DNA from: Planctomycetota bacterium | GTDB taxonomy: Bacteria; Planctomycetota; B15-G4 | Length of the DNA stretch: 64,000 bases | Direction: 5' to 3' | NCBI GenBank assembly: GCA_965248575.1 | Contig: CBDFJQ010000002.1 | Span: forward strand, 1,856,001 to 1,920,000 | Shown here: one piece after another, positions 8,979-19,273 of the stretch | How positions within the stretch are numbered: position 1 is the stretch's first letter | How the letters are laid out: every line of letters begins with the position of its first letter | Notes under the pieces: generated by a model | Told to the model about the DNA's origin: nothing | The model's input: only the letters and a program-made list of their open reading frames with translations | The model's database searches: none | Position numbers and translations under genes: made by a program

Positions 8979-10583
8979 TCAGGGCCTGAAGAACAGGATG
9001 AAGCCGTTCTTCAAGTTGAAGGGCACGAAGTCCTTGTAGATCGCAAACTGCCGCGTGGGCTTGGCCATCCAGCCGTCGTTGCCGGTGAGGATGGCGTCCG
9101 GGGGCGTCTCCTTCATCACCATCGGCAGCTCGCCATAGGCGTAGACGCCCAACTCCAGGCGTTCCTCCTTGGTCAGCAGGTGTCCCGTGCGGAATGAGAA
9201 GGGGCCCACGGCATGGAAGCCATAGATGCGACTGCCCCCTTCCAACGCGAAGATGGGTGCCTCACCGAACACGAGCCCGTCGCCGATACGGCGCCCGATC
9301 TGCTGGCCCACCTCGTGCACCTGCATGGGTGCCCAGCTTGCCGGCTCGCTCAGGATGTCGACGGAGACAAGTCGCGCACGGCCGGTGGCGAGGCTCACCC
9401 CAGCGGCACCGAGCAAGAGCAGCACAGCGGCCCAGCGACCGAGGCTCGAGGCAAACCGCCCACTCAGCGCATGCGCCGCTCCCAAGACCAGGAAGGGCAC
9501 CACCGCGACATAATACTGAGGCCAACCCGGCGAAGGTGCGAAGGCTCCTGCCAAGGCGAAGGGCACGCATAGGAACGCGCCAGCTGCCAGCGATGCACGC
9601 TCACCCCGACGCCGCCGTTGCCTGGCCATCCACACACCCAGGCCCACCACGCTGGCCAGCATGAGCACCGCATTGCCGGGCTTCTTGCTGATCTCCGACG
9701 CCAGGTACGACAGCTTGCTGGCCACGGTCATGGCGGTCGTCGTGCCCTCGGACGCATACCACTCGGTGTTCAGTTGCGGGTAGCCGAGGTTCCCGAAGAA
9801 GAAGTCCCCCGGCGCCATGGCCATCAGCACGAAGATGGGCAGCGACCCCAGCACCCCGCCGAGGGCCAACCAACCCACGCCCCGCCAACGGGCCGGCCCT
9901 GCTGTCTCCGCGACGGGCCCAGCGGCTCCCGTCCTCGAGGCGTTGGGGAGACACCACGCCAGCATGGCGAAGGGTAGGGCGAACGTCGCGTAGGACAGGC
10001 GGATACCCGTGGCCACGGCCAGGAAGACTCCAGCCAGCACGGCGTTGCGTCGGTCCCTCTCGGCGGCCCCCGGGCCAGCTGCGTCGTGCGTGCCCAGGTC
10101 ACTCCTGCAGAGCCGTAGCAAGGCCAAGGTGGCGAACAACACGCCCCCATCGTGGTTCCAGGTGAGGGCGTGCGCGTGCAGGAAGAAGGGGCTGAAAAAC
10201 AACAGGGCCGCCGCTGACCCCGCCAGCGCGCCGCGCACCCAGGGCCCGTGCACCCGCGCCGCGAACCACACGCTGTAGAAGACCGCCACGACCATCAGCC
10301 AACCAAACGCGACCGAAACGGCTCGCGCCCCCAACAGCAGGTGATCCGTGAACAGGAACACGCCGCCATAGAGGAACGCCAGATACGGCATGTGGAAGTA
10401 GGGGTAATCCACATACGGGAACAAGCCCCGTTGCGCCAGCAAGGCACCCGGCGCCACGAACTGGTGCTCGTCGTGGATCAGCTCGCGCCCCATGCCCTGG
10501 GCCAGGGAGACGGCCAGCAGATAGGCGAGCCCCAGGCCGGACAGGCAGAGCACGAGCACCGTCGTCAACCTGCGCCCGTTCAT
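8979..10583 (-). CDS. Multi-pass membrane glycosyltransferase, ArnT/PMT (GT39-like) family
   Basis: HDE motif after the first TM helix, PY.DY.YFHMP loop, many hydrophobic helices, and a late 'WPQYY...VPFL' motif. Confidence 0.7.
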   Translation of the reverse strand: MNGRRLTTVLVLCLSGLGLAYLLAVSLAQGMGRELIHDEHQFVAPGALLAQRGLFPYVDYPYFHMPYLAFLYGGVFLFTDHLLLGARAVSVAFGWLMVVAVFYSVWFAARVHGPWVRGALAGSAAALLFFSPFFLHAHALTWNHDGGVLFATLALLRLCRSDLGTHDAAGPGAAERDRRNAVLAGVFLAVATGIRLSYATFALPFAMLAWCLPNASRTGAAGPVAETAGPARWRGVGWLALGGVLGSLPIFVLMAMAPGDFFFGNLGYPQLNTEWYASEGTTTAMTVASKLSYLASEISKKPGNAVLMLASVVGLGVWMARQRRRRGERASLAAGAFLCVPFALAGAFAPSPGWPQYYVAVVPFLVLGAAHALSGRFASSLGRWAAVLLLLGAAGVSLATGRARLVSVDILSEPASWAPMQVHEVGQQIGRRIGDGLVFGEAPIFALEGGSRIYGFHAVGPFSFRTGHLLTKEERLELGVYAYGELPMVMKETPPDAILTGNDGWMAKPTRQFAIYKDFVPFNLKNGFILFFRP

Positions 10584-10591
10584 GCCCGTGC

Positions 10592-12340
10592 TCAGAGGCC
10601 ACCGCTTTCCGGGCCGCCTGCGCCCGCCTTGTCGGCGCAGACCTCCGAGATGCAGTCTGCTCCACGGCAGGACTGCTCGCTGCAGCGCCCGTCGACACAG
10701 CTCGTATGGGGGCAGCGATCTTGGGTGTCCGTGGCCGGGACCGCACCCGTCAGATCTTCCTCCACTCCACCGCTGATGTAGCCCAGGGCAATGAGTGCGT
10801 TGCGCATCTCGGGGTCCAGCTCGCTCTCAAACTCTGCTGAGGACTTGCCGACACCTGCAGGGTACTTGGCTTTCCAGACACGCAACTCGTGCAGCAGTTT
10901 CTGCACGACCTTCTTCACCTGGGGGCTGGGGTCCGTGGCCAGATTCACCTGTTCGTCGGGGTCCACACTCAGGTCGTAGAGCTCGATGGGCCCCTGACCC
11001 AAGGAGGCTTGGTCCTCGGCCGAACGCACGAGGATCAACTTCCACGGACCCTGGCGCACGCTCAGCTGCATGAGCCTGTTGGGGTCCTTGTCACTGCCCG
11101 ACTCCATGAACACATGGGCTGGTGCACGGGCACCGGCTTCCCCCCGAGCCAGGCCAGCGAGGCTCTGGCCTTCGAATGTCGACGGCAGCTCGAGGCCCAC
11201 CAGCTCGAGCACCGTGGACGGCACGTCGATCAGCCCCACGGGCTCTGACACCCTCAGTCCGGCGGCGAGCTGCTGGCCGTGCGCCATCACAAGCGGCACC
11301 CGAGCGCACTCCTGGTAGGGCTGGTCGCCGTGCTCGAAGTAGTAGTCGTGATCGCCGAGGGCCTCGCCGTGATCCGCGGTCACCACGATCAAGGTGTCGG
11401 CAGCCAGCCCGCGCTGCGCCAGCTGGGCGAACAGCCGCCCCAGTTGATCGTCTGTCGAACGAATCTCGCGGTCGTAGCGCGCCTCGTAGAAGCCCAGGTC
11501 ACTCACCGGGTCCGTTTGGCCCTTGAGCCGGTGGACGTGGGGCGACTTCAGGGCTTCCGGCGTCAGTTCCTGCACCGGGTACTGCCCGTCGAACAGCTTT
11601 CCGTAGCCCGGCGCCGGATCGTAGGGGCCGTGGGGATCCATGTAGTGCAGCCAAAGGAAGAACGGCTGCTCCGCTGGCGACTCGTCCAACCAGGCCAGAC
11701 CCCGGTCGGTGACTAGCTTGGCGTCGGTAGCCTGGATCAGGGAGCGCATGTCCTCCGCGCCAAAGAGCTGCATCAGCCGCTGCTTGGGGTCCCGGGAGAG
11801 TGCGGCCCCCGGTTGCATGAGCTGCCAGGCGTCCTCCCAGGCCTCGATGTAGGTCCCGAAACCCTTGCCGAAGCCGTACTCCGGAAGCAGGTTGTAGTTG
11901 GTCACCACACCGGCCGTGCGGTAGCCCGCGGCGCTGAACACCTCCGCCAGCGTCGGGAGTCCGTCGCGCATCTGGCGGCTGGCCAGGCGCACGCCCGTGG
12001 TGCGAGGGTTGGCGCCCGTGAGCATGGTGGCCACCGAGGGCCACGTCTTCGGGGTCGGGACGGTCACGTCCTCGAAGAGCACACCGCGCTGGGCCAAGGC
12101 GTCGATGGCGGGCGTGGTCGGAAGGCGATAGCCGTAAGAACTCAGGCGATCCGCACGCAAGGTGTCCAGGGAGATGAGCAACACGTTGGGCTTCGAGCGC
12201 TCGACGCCGGCCCCTGCTTCGCTGGCGTTCGTCGTCGGCTCGGCCTCACCGGGCTGGTCCGTGCACGCCACTCCACCCAGGCCCAGACCGCCCAGCAACA
12301 CACAGGCCGTCAGGCGCCATCGTGCGTTGCTGACGTTCAT
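10592..12340 (-). CDS. Sulfatase-like hydrolase/transferase (alkaline phosphatase superfamily) lipoprotein with Cys-rich tail
   Basis: Lipobox-like LGGVAC; PNVLLISLDTLRADRL, PFFLWLHYMDPHGPY, TADHGE..GDH...EHG, ELYDL..DP.E..NL and L.ALGY motifs. Confidence 0.9.
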   Translation of the reverse strand: MNVSNARWRLTACVLLGGLGLGGVACTDQPGEAEPTTNASEAGAGVERSKPNVLLISLDTLRADRLSSYGYRLPTTPAIDALAQRGVLFEDVTVPTPKTWPSVATMLTGANPRTTGVRLASRQMRDGLPTLAEVFSAAGYRTAGVVTNYNLLPEYGFGKGFGTYIEAWEDAWQLMQPGAALSRDPKQRLMQLFGAEDMRSLIQATDAKLVTDRGLAWLDESPAEQPFFLWLHYMDPHGPYDPAPGYGKLFDGQYPVQELTPEALKSPHVHRLKGQTDPVSDLGFYEARYDREIRSTDDQLGRLFAQLAQRGLAADTLIVVTADHGEALGDHDYYFEHGDQPYQECARVPLVMAHGQQLAAGLRVSEPVGLIDVPSTVLELVGLELPSTFEGQSLAGLARGEAGARAPAHVFMESGSDKDPNRLMQLSVRQGPWKLILVRSAEDQASLGQGPIELYDLSVDPDEQVNLATDPSPQVKKVVQKLLHELRVWKAKYPAGVGKSSAEFESELDPEMRNALIALGYISGGVEEDLTGAVPATDTQDRCPHTSCVDGRCSEQSCRGADCISEVCADKAGAGGPESGGL

Positions 12341-12464
12341 GCCTTCATCCCGGAAAAAGTCGGCGGGCAAGACGCGGGAAACACCGGCGTCCCCACGCGC
12401 GAAACTCTATCACAGGCCCTCACCACGCTCTTCGACCTGAGGTCGCCCGAGACTGGGGCCGAAG

Positions 12465-13232
12465 CTAGGGCTGATACTGCACCGAACGGAAGGGTTTGCC
12501 GTTGCGTTGCAGCTGCTCGTCCCGCAACGCATCGCTGACGAAGATCGCGTCGCCTTGGACCAACTGGCCGTCCGCAGCCCCCCAGCTGGAATAGATCTGG
12601 TAGAGGCTGAAGCCGCGCTGCGCCAGGAAGCTCCACAGGTCCGCCAGCAAGGGCGCCCCCTCGTAGTTGGGGTAGAAGTGCACCTCGGTCAGGATGCAGC
12701 TGACCGACTTGAGCAGCTCGCCGGCCCCGTGCAGGGCGTCGAGTTCTGCGCCCTGGATGTCGAGCTTGAGGAGATCCACCTCCCGGATGCCCGCGTCCTT
12801 GGCCCAGGTGTCCAGCCGCGTCACCTGCACCTCGGTCGTCTCCACATGCACCGCCTCCGGGCTGTGGTAGGCCGGCCCGGCCTGCGGACGATCCTTGAGG
12901 GAGCAGGCGCCGACCCAGCTGTTGAGGTGGAAGGGGCGCGCGGCTGTTTCTTTCCAAGCGCCGAGATTGATGGGCTGGATCGAATCCTGATCCCGCACCC
13001 GCTGCGTCAGCCGCCCGTAGGTTTCGGGGTTGGGCTCGAAGGCGTGAATAGTTGCTGCTGGCCAGATCTCCGCGAAGCGCTTGGCGTAGTCGCCATAGCA
13101 TGCGCCCACATCGAGGACTGTCTTGACGGGTTTCCCACCCAGCAGGCGCTCCAGGTCGGAAAACGCATCCAGGTCCGGAATCTCGCCTACGCGGCGAAGC
13201 AGCTTGCGGGCTAGGCGTCCGATGGCACTCAT
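12465..13232 (-). CDS. FkbM family SAM-dependent methyltransferase
   Basis: VLDVGACYG, HAFEPNP, RLDTW, LLKLDIQGAEL..L.G and TEV.F...YEG motifs. An alternative GTG start lies at 13253. Confidence 0.9.
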   Translation of the reverse strand: MSAIGRLARKLLRRVGEIPDLDAFSDLERLLGGKPVKTVLDVGACYGDYAKRFAEIWPAATIHAFEPNPETYGRLTQRVRDQDSIQPINLGAWKETAARPFHLNSWVGACSLKDRPQAGPAYHSPEAVHVETTEVQVTRLDTWAKDAGIREVDLLKLDIQGAELDALHGAGELLKSVSCILTEVHFYPNYEGAPLLADLWSFLAQRGFSLYQIYSSWGAADGQLVQGDAIFVSDALRDEQLQRNGKPFRSVQYQP

Positions 13233-13468
13233 GGAGAGACAGAACTCCAACACGATGTCGCCACACGAGATGCTTGAGTCAGCAATCCATCAGGAGCCCT
13301 CAGGCGGACCTCTCCCTTGGGAAAGGGCGCCTGTGGCGAAGTGCAACGGCCGGTAGACGGAACCGAGCGTGCCGCGGAAAGTCGTGGTGGCAAATCAGGG
13401 GGACCGCGAAAAAGAGGTGGGCACAGTCTACGCCATCCACCGATTGAGGCCAGCCCTCTCGGCGCCGG

Positions 13469-15202
13469 CTAGCTCACGGACGGTGCATTGGACACAGGGA
13501 GCGCCGGGGCGGCCCCCTTTTGTTTTGAGCCCTGACTCGTTTCTCCCTGGCTCTGAGGCCCACCAGGCCCCCGCCGCCCACCACTCTCCCCAGGCTGAAG
13601 AACCACCATGGGAATTTTCTTGGCCAGCCCCAGTGCCAACTTGATGCGCAGCCGGAAATAGAACGCAAACATGCGTGGGTAGCGCGCCCAGGTGATGTCG
13701 TAGACCTCCCGGGCCGGGGGAAAGGCGTGCAGGTGGTTCACGTTCTTGAGCACGCGCCAGGCCTTGATGAAGCGGGTGAGGTTGAAACGCCCGATCACCT
13801 TGTAGAGGCCGCTGCCGATCAAGAAGCGCGCCGTCCGGGGCCCGAACACGTTGCGCACATCGATGCGCCAGGCGTACGGCTTGGCGAAGTCGTTGTGGTA
13901 TCGGCGGATCGTCGAGATGTCACCGCGCTCGCTGTGCTCCCGGATGACGTCCGCTGTTTCCTGGGTGATTGTTCCCGCATCCACTGCCTGCTGAAGGATG
14001 TCGGCCCCGGCCCAGATGTCGAGCCAGTAGATGCTGACGCAGTCGGGCACGTGCTCCTGATAGAAGCTCTCGACCCGTGCCAGATCCTCCTCGGTCTCGC
14101 CGGGCAAGCCGAAGATCTGGTCCACGAACAAGCCGATCTCATGCTCACGCGCCAGGTCGATGGCCCGTGCGATTTGCGTCTCGCTGTTTGGGCGGCCGAG
14201 CATCTTGCGGATCTCGGGGTTCAGCGACTGCACACCCATCTGGATCTGGGCACACCCGATCTGCTTCAGGTAGACGATGGTGCGCTCGTTGATGTTGTTC
14301 GGAATGGCGAAGCACTTGAACGGGATGCGTTCGGAATCCGTCATGCGTTCCGCCAGCTCCTTGAGCCACGGTTCATCCGCACAGATGTCGTCGTCGTTGA
14401 CCCGCAGCAGCTTCGGGTCATAGGCCGCCTTGACCTCCCGCAGCTCCTGCAACACGCGATCCACAGACCGGCTGCGCAGGAAGTCCCGGGTGTACATGTA
14501 GTCGTCGCGGTCCGGGTAGTACATGCGGCGGTAGGCGTTGTTGCCACAGAAGGTGCAACCCCAGGGACAACCCCGACGCCACTCCACCATATGGGCCACC
14601 TCGAACGGCGAACCCAGCTGCGCGAACAATTCCTTGTCCGGTTCGGCATACCTGTCGAGGTCCTGCTCGTAGGGACGCAGGGGATTCTCGACCAGCGTGC
14701 CCTCGACCGCATCTCCGTTCCCGGTGGGCGCGGGCGCCTCCAGATATGCGAGGTTGGGAATGTCCAGATCGATCTGCCCCGCTTCGAGCGAGTCCACCAA
14801 GGCCACCAGCGAGTCCTCGGCTTCGCCCCGGACGATCCAGTCGTAGCGGCCGGTGCGCAACATCGGGCCGGGGCTCGTGGTGGCGTGGTAGCCCCCCGCC
14901 ACGATGGTGGCCTCTGGCAACAGGCGGCGCACCTCAGCGGCGTAGCTCTCGCACCAATCCGCGCTGGCCGTGAGCACCGAGAAGCCCACCACGTCCGGTT
15001 GGTACTGCTCGAGCTGACGCAGGATCCACGGCCGAAGGGAGGCCGCCGACGCGAGCCAACGGTTGTTGTACTCCTGCCGGAATCCGTCGAAGAGCCGGGG
15101 GTCGAAGAGCAAGGCTGTTTCGTGGCCCGCCCTCCTCAGGGCTGAGGACAGGTACTGGAGCCCCAGGCACTCGACTTCGTTGTAGAGGAACAGAACGCGC
15201 AT
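13469..15202 (-). CDS. Cobalamin-binding radical SAM protein (class B methyltransferase-like)
   Basis: N-terminal B12 domain (LGLQYLSS.L...GH, PDVVGFS, GGYHAT, RGEAE); CxxxCxxC = RGCPWGCTFC; MGVQS and IFGLPGET. Confidence 0.9.
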   Translation of the reverse strand: MRVLFLYNEVECLGLQYLSSALRRAGHETALLFDPRLFDGFRQEYNNRWLASAASLRPWILRQLEQYQPDVVGFSVLTASADWCESYAAEVRRLLPEATIVAGGYHATTSPGPMLRTGRYDWIVRGEAEDSLVALVDSLEAGQIDLDIPNLAYLEAPAPTGNGDAVEGTLVENPLRPYEQDLDRYAEPDKELFAQLGSPFEVAHMVEWRRGCPWGCTFCGNNAYRRMYYPDRDDYMYTRDFLRSRSVDRVLQELREVKAAYDPKLLRVNDDDICADEPWLKELAERMTDSERIPFKCFAIPNNINERTIVYLKQIGCAQIQMGVQSLNPEIRKMLGRPNSETQIARAIDLAREHEIGLFVDQIFGLPGETEEDLARVESFYQEHVPDCVSIYWLDIWAGADILQQAVDAGTITQETADVIREHSERGDISTIRRYHNDFAKPYAWRIDVRNVFGPRTARFLIGSGLYKVIGRFNLTRFIKAWRVLKNVNHLHAFPPAREVYDITWARYPRMFAFYFRLRIKLALGLAKKIPMVVLQPGESGGRRGPGGPQSQGETSQGSKQKGAAPALPVSNAPSVS

Positions 15203-15333
15203 GAAACGGCGGGCAGGGAGGAGCGAGGAGGGGGAGAGAGGGTCGCTGCGAGACCGAGTGGGGAGTCTACCTCAAGCCGAAAGCCGAGCTCACCCGATAG
15301 GAGACAGCGTTGGATTCCTCGAGGCCCTCTCCC

Positions 15334-16011
15334 ATGAACACGAGCCCGATGACTCGACGCACGGTGGAGTTCGCGGCCGTAATCGGTGTCCTGATGATCA
15401 CCGTGGCCATCGTTGAGGTGCCCCGAACCCACATGCGCCCACCGGAAGCCGCACTGCTCGACTCCCAGAGCTGGCGCACGCTCCCCGAGAACCAGACGTC
15501 CTCCACCCTGCTCAGTCCGCAGCAAGTGAGTGTCGTGACCCTGGAGTCGGCAGACACCCTGGACCGGGCGTCGTTCTGGCACGGCCCCTTCTCGGCCGGC
15601 GAGTTGGACCAGATGACGGCACCCGGATCGCCCCCCGGACAGCGGCGGCTCGCTGAGTTGCAGAGAGACCTGGAACGCGGCGAGCGCATGCTCGGCGCCG
15701 AGCAGCAGTCTTTGGCGAAAGCCCGGGCCGATTCGGTGGGCGCACGCAATCGCCTTGCCCAGTTGGAGCAGGCCCTGCTCAGCAGCATGAGCCTACCGGG
15801 CTCCACCCCGGAGCAGATGCTCAGTCGGCACCAGCAGATCGAGCTGGAAACACGCGACGTCTTCGCGGCGACGCGAGCGCTGAATCAGCGCGAACAGCGG
15901 CTCAAGGACCTGCAGCAATCCGTTGCCGAGCAACGGGTCGAGAACCGTAGCAAGCTCTCGGAGTTCGATGCGCTCATCGCGCTCCGCAATGCGGCGCCAG
16001 ATCGGCCATGA
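15334..16011 (+). CDS. Hypothetical membrane-anchored coiled-coil protein
   Basis: One N-terminal hydrophobic segment (FAAVIGVLMITVAIV) followed by a long Q/E/R/L-rich helical region. Fills the gap between two minus-strand genes; its 3' end overlaps the TEII gene by 38 nt. Confidence 0.6.
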   Translation: MNTSPMTRRTVEFAAVIGVLMITVAIVEVPRTHMRPPEAALLDSQSWRTLPENQTSSTLLSPQQVSVVTLESADTLDRASFWHGPFSAGELDQMTAPGSPPGQRRLAELQRDLERGERMLGAEQQSLAKARADSVGARNRLAQLEQALLSSMSLPGSTPEQMLSRHQQIELETRDVFAATRALNQREQRLKDLQQSVAEQRVENRSKLSEFDALIALRNAAPDRP

Positions 16012-16741
16012 GCGAGTCGAGCAGCAGCTCGCGCGCCGAGTGAATGAAGAAGTGGTCGCCTGGCAGCGTCCTCAACCGGTAGCCCGCTCCGGCCCGCTCG
16101 CTCCAAAGCTTCAGCTTGGCGGCGTTGACCTGATCATCTTGCCCGCCCATGAACGCACTCACAGGTGAGTCGATCAGGGGATCGCTCTCCGGGCGGATGT
16201 AGCAATCGGACATCTGGAAGTCCGCGCGCAGCATCGGTAGGAACAGTCGCATGAGCTCAGCTTCACCGAGGACACGTTCCGGTGTGCCCCCCATCTTCTT
16301 CAGCTCCTCGAGCAGCTCTTCCTCCGGCATGGCGTAGAGCGGGTTGCTCGGCAGTGCGGAATGAGGCGCGCGTGCCGCCGAGACGAACAGGTGCAGCGGT
16401 CGCGCCCCCCCCGATTGCGCTAGGCGGCGCGTCAACTCGTAGGCTACGAACGCACCGAGGCTGTGCCCGAAGAAGGCGAAGGGCTGTTCCAGCTCCGGTC
16501 TCAAGACGGGTTCGAGATCATCCACCAGGGCGGACACCGACATGTAGGGCGGCTCACCAAAGCGCGCTTCCCGCCCCGGATACTGCACGGGCCGCAGCGC
16601 GATCTGAGGCGGCAAACGGCCCGGCCACTCCTTGAAGACGCTGGCGCCACCTCCCGCATGGGGAAAAGCGAACAACTGCACCTGAGCCTCCCGAGCGGGA
16701 GCCTCTCCTGGAAGCCAAAGCTGGACGGGGGCGGGACTCAC
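15974..16741 (-). CDS. Type II (editing) thioesterase
   Basis: LF.FPHAGGGAS, YPGRE.R, FFGHSLGA nucleophile, LP.LRADF and GDHFF. Confidence 0.95.
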   Translation of the reverse strand: MSPAPVQLWLPGEAPAREAQVQLFAFPHAGGGASVFKEWPGRLPPQIALRPVQYPGREARFGEPPYMSVSALVDDLEPVLRPELEQPFAFFGHSLGAFVAYELTRRLAQSGGARPLHLFVSAARAPHSALPSNPLYAMPEEELLEELKKMGGTPERVLGEAELMRLFLPMLRADFQMSDCYIRPESDPLIDSPVSAFMGGQDDQVNAAKLKLWSERAGAGYRLRTLPGDHFFIHSARELLLDSLMADLAPHCGAR

Positions 16742-16777
16742 GGACGCGGGGCTCGCATGGGGCCTCAGTTCACTTGC

Positions 16778-18439
16778 TCAGTTCACTTGGCGGTCGCGAC
16801 CCGCCCAGTAGGGCGCACGCAACACGTGCTTCTGGATCTTGCCGCTGGGCGTGCGCGGTAGGGATTGCACGAAGTCCACGCTCTTGGGGACCTTGAAGGC
16901 AGCCAGTCTCGAGCGCACGTCAGACAGGATGCTTCGAGCGCTTGCCTGCTCACCGTCTCGCAGCACTACGATGGCCTTGACCTGTTCGCCCCAGCGCTCA
17001 TCGGGGACACCGATGACCGCGGCTTCCGCCACGGCGGGGTGCCCGCACAAGGCGCTCTCGATCTCCGCCGGGTAGATGTTCTCACCCGCGTAGATGATCA
17101 TGTCCTTCAAGCGATCGTTGACGAAGAGGAAGCCCTGCTCATCGAGGAAGCCCGCGTCTCCCGTGTGCACCCAGCCACCGACGAGCGTGCTCGCCGTGGC
17201 CTCCGGGTTCTTCCAATAACCCAGCATGTTGGCTGGCGAGGCCAGGCAGACCTCGCCCACTTCGCGCACACCCAGCTCCCGCCCCTGTTCGTCGATCACC
17301 TTTGCGGCGACGCCCGGGTACGGTCGGCCCGCCGCGGCCATCCTCTCGTGCTCCGGGTCAGCGTGATCCTCAGGGCGCAGGCAGACGGCCGTGTTGCCGG
17401 TTTCCGTCAGTCCATAGATCTGGGCAAAGCGACACCCGAACACCTCGAGGGCCCGTTGCAGGACTGGCACGGGGATGGGTGAACCGCCGTACACGATGCA
17501 GTCCAGAGCAGTCCAGTCGGCGTCCTTGCATTCCGGTTCGGCCAACACCATCTGGATCATGGCAGGCACGAGGCACACCTTGCTCACCGCATGCTTCTGC
17601 ATGAGCTGGATGGCCGACCACGCCGTGAACGTTCCCGTCACGACCAAGGGTGTGCCTGCGGCCAGCGCCGTCATGTCGAACCAGATGCCGCCGATGTGGA
17701 ACAACGGCAGGGTGTGCAAGGCGACGTCGTCCGGGCTGAAACCGATCCAAGGATCCCCCACGGCGGCCATGCTCGCGATCACCGCGAAGAAGCTGCGGTG
17801 CGGCAGCATGACGCCCTTGGGCAGACCCGTCGTGCCGCTGGTGTACATCTGCACCACCACGTCCTCCGCATCGACTGCATGCTGCGCGAGCCCACGGGTC
17901 GACGCGTCGTCAGCCTTCCGATCGAGCCAAGGGTCATGCTTGGGTCGCCCCGCTTTCCAGGACGGATAGGCCTGTTCGGAGCAGTCACCTGTAGCGCTTC
18001 TTTCCACCGCAGGGGGAGCTCCATCCAGCCAGACCACGTGCTGAAGATGGGGCAGCTCGGGGCGAATCGAAGCCAGCACGTCGGCGAAGGCCCGCTCGAG
18101 AAACAGCAGCTGTGCCTCACCATGGTCGAGGATGTAGCGGATCTCCGGACCCGTCAGCCGCCAGTTGATCCCCATCAGCACCGTGCCAGCCTTGGCGCTC
18201 CCGAACAGGATCTGATAGGCCGCGATCGAGTCCTTTGCCAGGTAGGCAATGCGCGCTCCTGGCTCCAGGCCGGTGGCGAGCAGTGCGTGCGCAAGCTGGC
18301 AGCTGGCTTCGTCCAACTCGCGGAAGGAGACGCATTCATCGCCCTCGATGAGAGCAGTCGCAGCACCTCTCACCGCAGCCGCTGAGCGGGTGAGATCGCC
18401 CAGGGTCTGAGCCGAGCTGCCGGAGGGGTTCGATGCCAT
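16778..18439 (-). CDS. Long-chain acyl-CoA / acyl-carrier ligase (adenylate-forming)
   Basis: YTSGTTGLPKG, P.FHIGG, YGLTETG, GWVHTGDAG, DRLKDMII..GENIYP.EIE and LPRTPSGKI motifs. Confidence 0.93.
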   Translation of the reverse strand: MASNPSGSSAQTLGDLTRSAAAVRGAATALIEGDECVSFRELDEASCQLAHALLATGLEPGARIAYLAKDSIAAYQILFGSAKAGTVLMGINWRLTGPEIRYILDHGEAQLLFLERAFADVLASIRPELPHLQHVVWLDGAPPAVERSATGDCSEQAYPSWKAGRPKHDPWLDRKADDASTRGLAQHAVDAEDVVVQMYTSGTTGLPKGVMLPHRSFFAVIASMAAVGDPWIGFSPDDVALHTLPLFHIGGIWFDMTALAAGTPLVVTGTFTAWSAIQLMQKHAVSKVCLVPAMIQMVLAEPECKDADWTALDCIVYGGSPIPVPVLQRALEVFGCRFAQIYGLTETGNTAVCLRPEDHADPEHERMAAAGRPYPGVAAKVIDEQGRELGVREVGEVCLASPANMLGYWKNPEATASTLVGGWVHTGDAGFLDEQGFLFVNDRLKDMIIYAGENIYPAEIESALCGHPAVAEAAVIGVPDERWGEQVKAIVVLRDGEQASARSILSDVRSRLAAFKVPKSVDFVQSLPRTPSGKIQKHVLRAPYWAGRDRQVN

Positions 18440-18685
18440 CGTGGGTCAGGGTGTCCGGCCAGAGGGGCACAGGGGTGGCAGCGTCGCGTGGCCGCCAGGG
18501 CCCCGACAGACGTCCACCTTATACACGGCTCGACCCGGGTCACAGACACGCCCTCGGCCGCCGCGTCACCTCCCGCCCCCCATGACCTATGCCAAGCAAG
18601 TCGGCACGGGACGGGCAAGCCAGACGCGCAGTATAGTGACACCCCTTCGCCCCCCCCCTCGAACATCCACCCGGCAGGCACCCCG

Positions 18686-19267
18686 ATGAGCAAGGCCCGG
18701 AACACCGAGAGTTATCTAGTGGAGACAGCCGTCTTCGACCCGGTGCTCGCCTGCTACAAGCCCGACTGCCGCTACCTCAAGTCTGCGCTGGTTGAAGTCC
18801 CTCCGCAGAATGCCCGCGAAGAAGACCGCGGCGAGCCCGTGCTCTCGATGCTCTGCGACTTCGAAGTCCCACACTCCTGCTACATCGACGACACCGGGCA
18901 CTTCAACGCCGTCGAGTGGAACATCTGCATGAACCAGATGTACTACATGGGCGCCGCGGTCGGTGCCGTGCACGGCTGGGCCCCCGCCTTGAAAGACATG
19001 AGCTTGGAGGAGTTCCTGAGACGGCAGTTGTCCGACTCGCTGATCCACGACCTGCACAGCCGTTTCAAGACGCCTATCCAAGCAGCCCGGTTCCAGGGGC
19101 GCATCTCGTTCCCCAGCATCTCCAGGCGCCGCAGCTTCATCGTGCTCAAGACCACCTGTGCCTACTGGGATGAACACGGCGGCTACGCCGATGGGCAGGT
19201 GGACTACGTCATCGTGGACAGCAAGGACTCAGGGCACGCTTCGCCGCCTGAGTCCGCGAGCAAGTGA
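18686..19267 (+). CDS. FcoT-family (Rv0098/ScoD-like) hotdog-fold thioesterase
   Basis: Y...CRYLK.A and F.VP.SCYIDDTGHFNAVE.NICMNQ..Y signature of the FcoT family; sits 7 nt upstream of the NRPS. Confidence 0.85.
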   Translation: MSKARNTESYLVETAVFDPVLACYKPDCRYLKSALVEVPPQNAREEDRGEPVLSMLCDFEVPHSCYIDDTGHFNAVEWNICMNQMYYMGAAVGAVHGWAPALKDMSLEEFLRRQLSDSLIHDLHSRFKTPIQAARFQGRISFPSISRRRSFIVLKTTCAYWDEHGGYADGQVDYVIVDSKDSGHASPPESASK

Positions 19268-19273
19268 CCGGCG

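Noticed and set aside
15203..15333. Cobalamin riboswitch upstream of the B12 radical SAM gene
   Set aside because: Gap is short and no B12-box or conserved core was recognisable; the same applies to 43811-44278.
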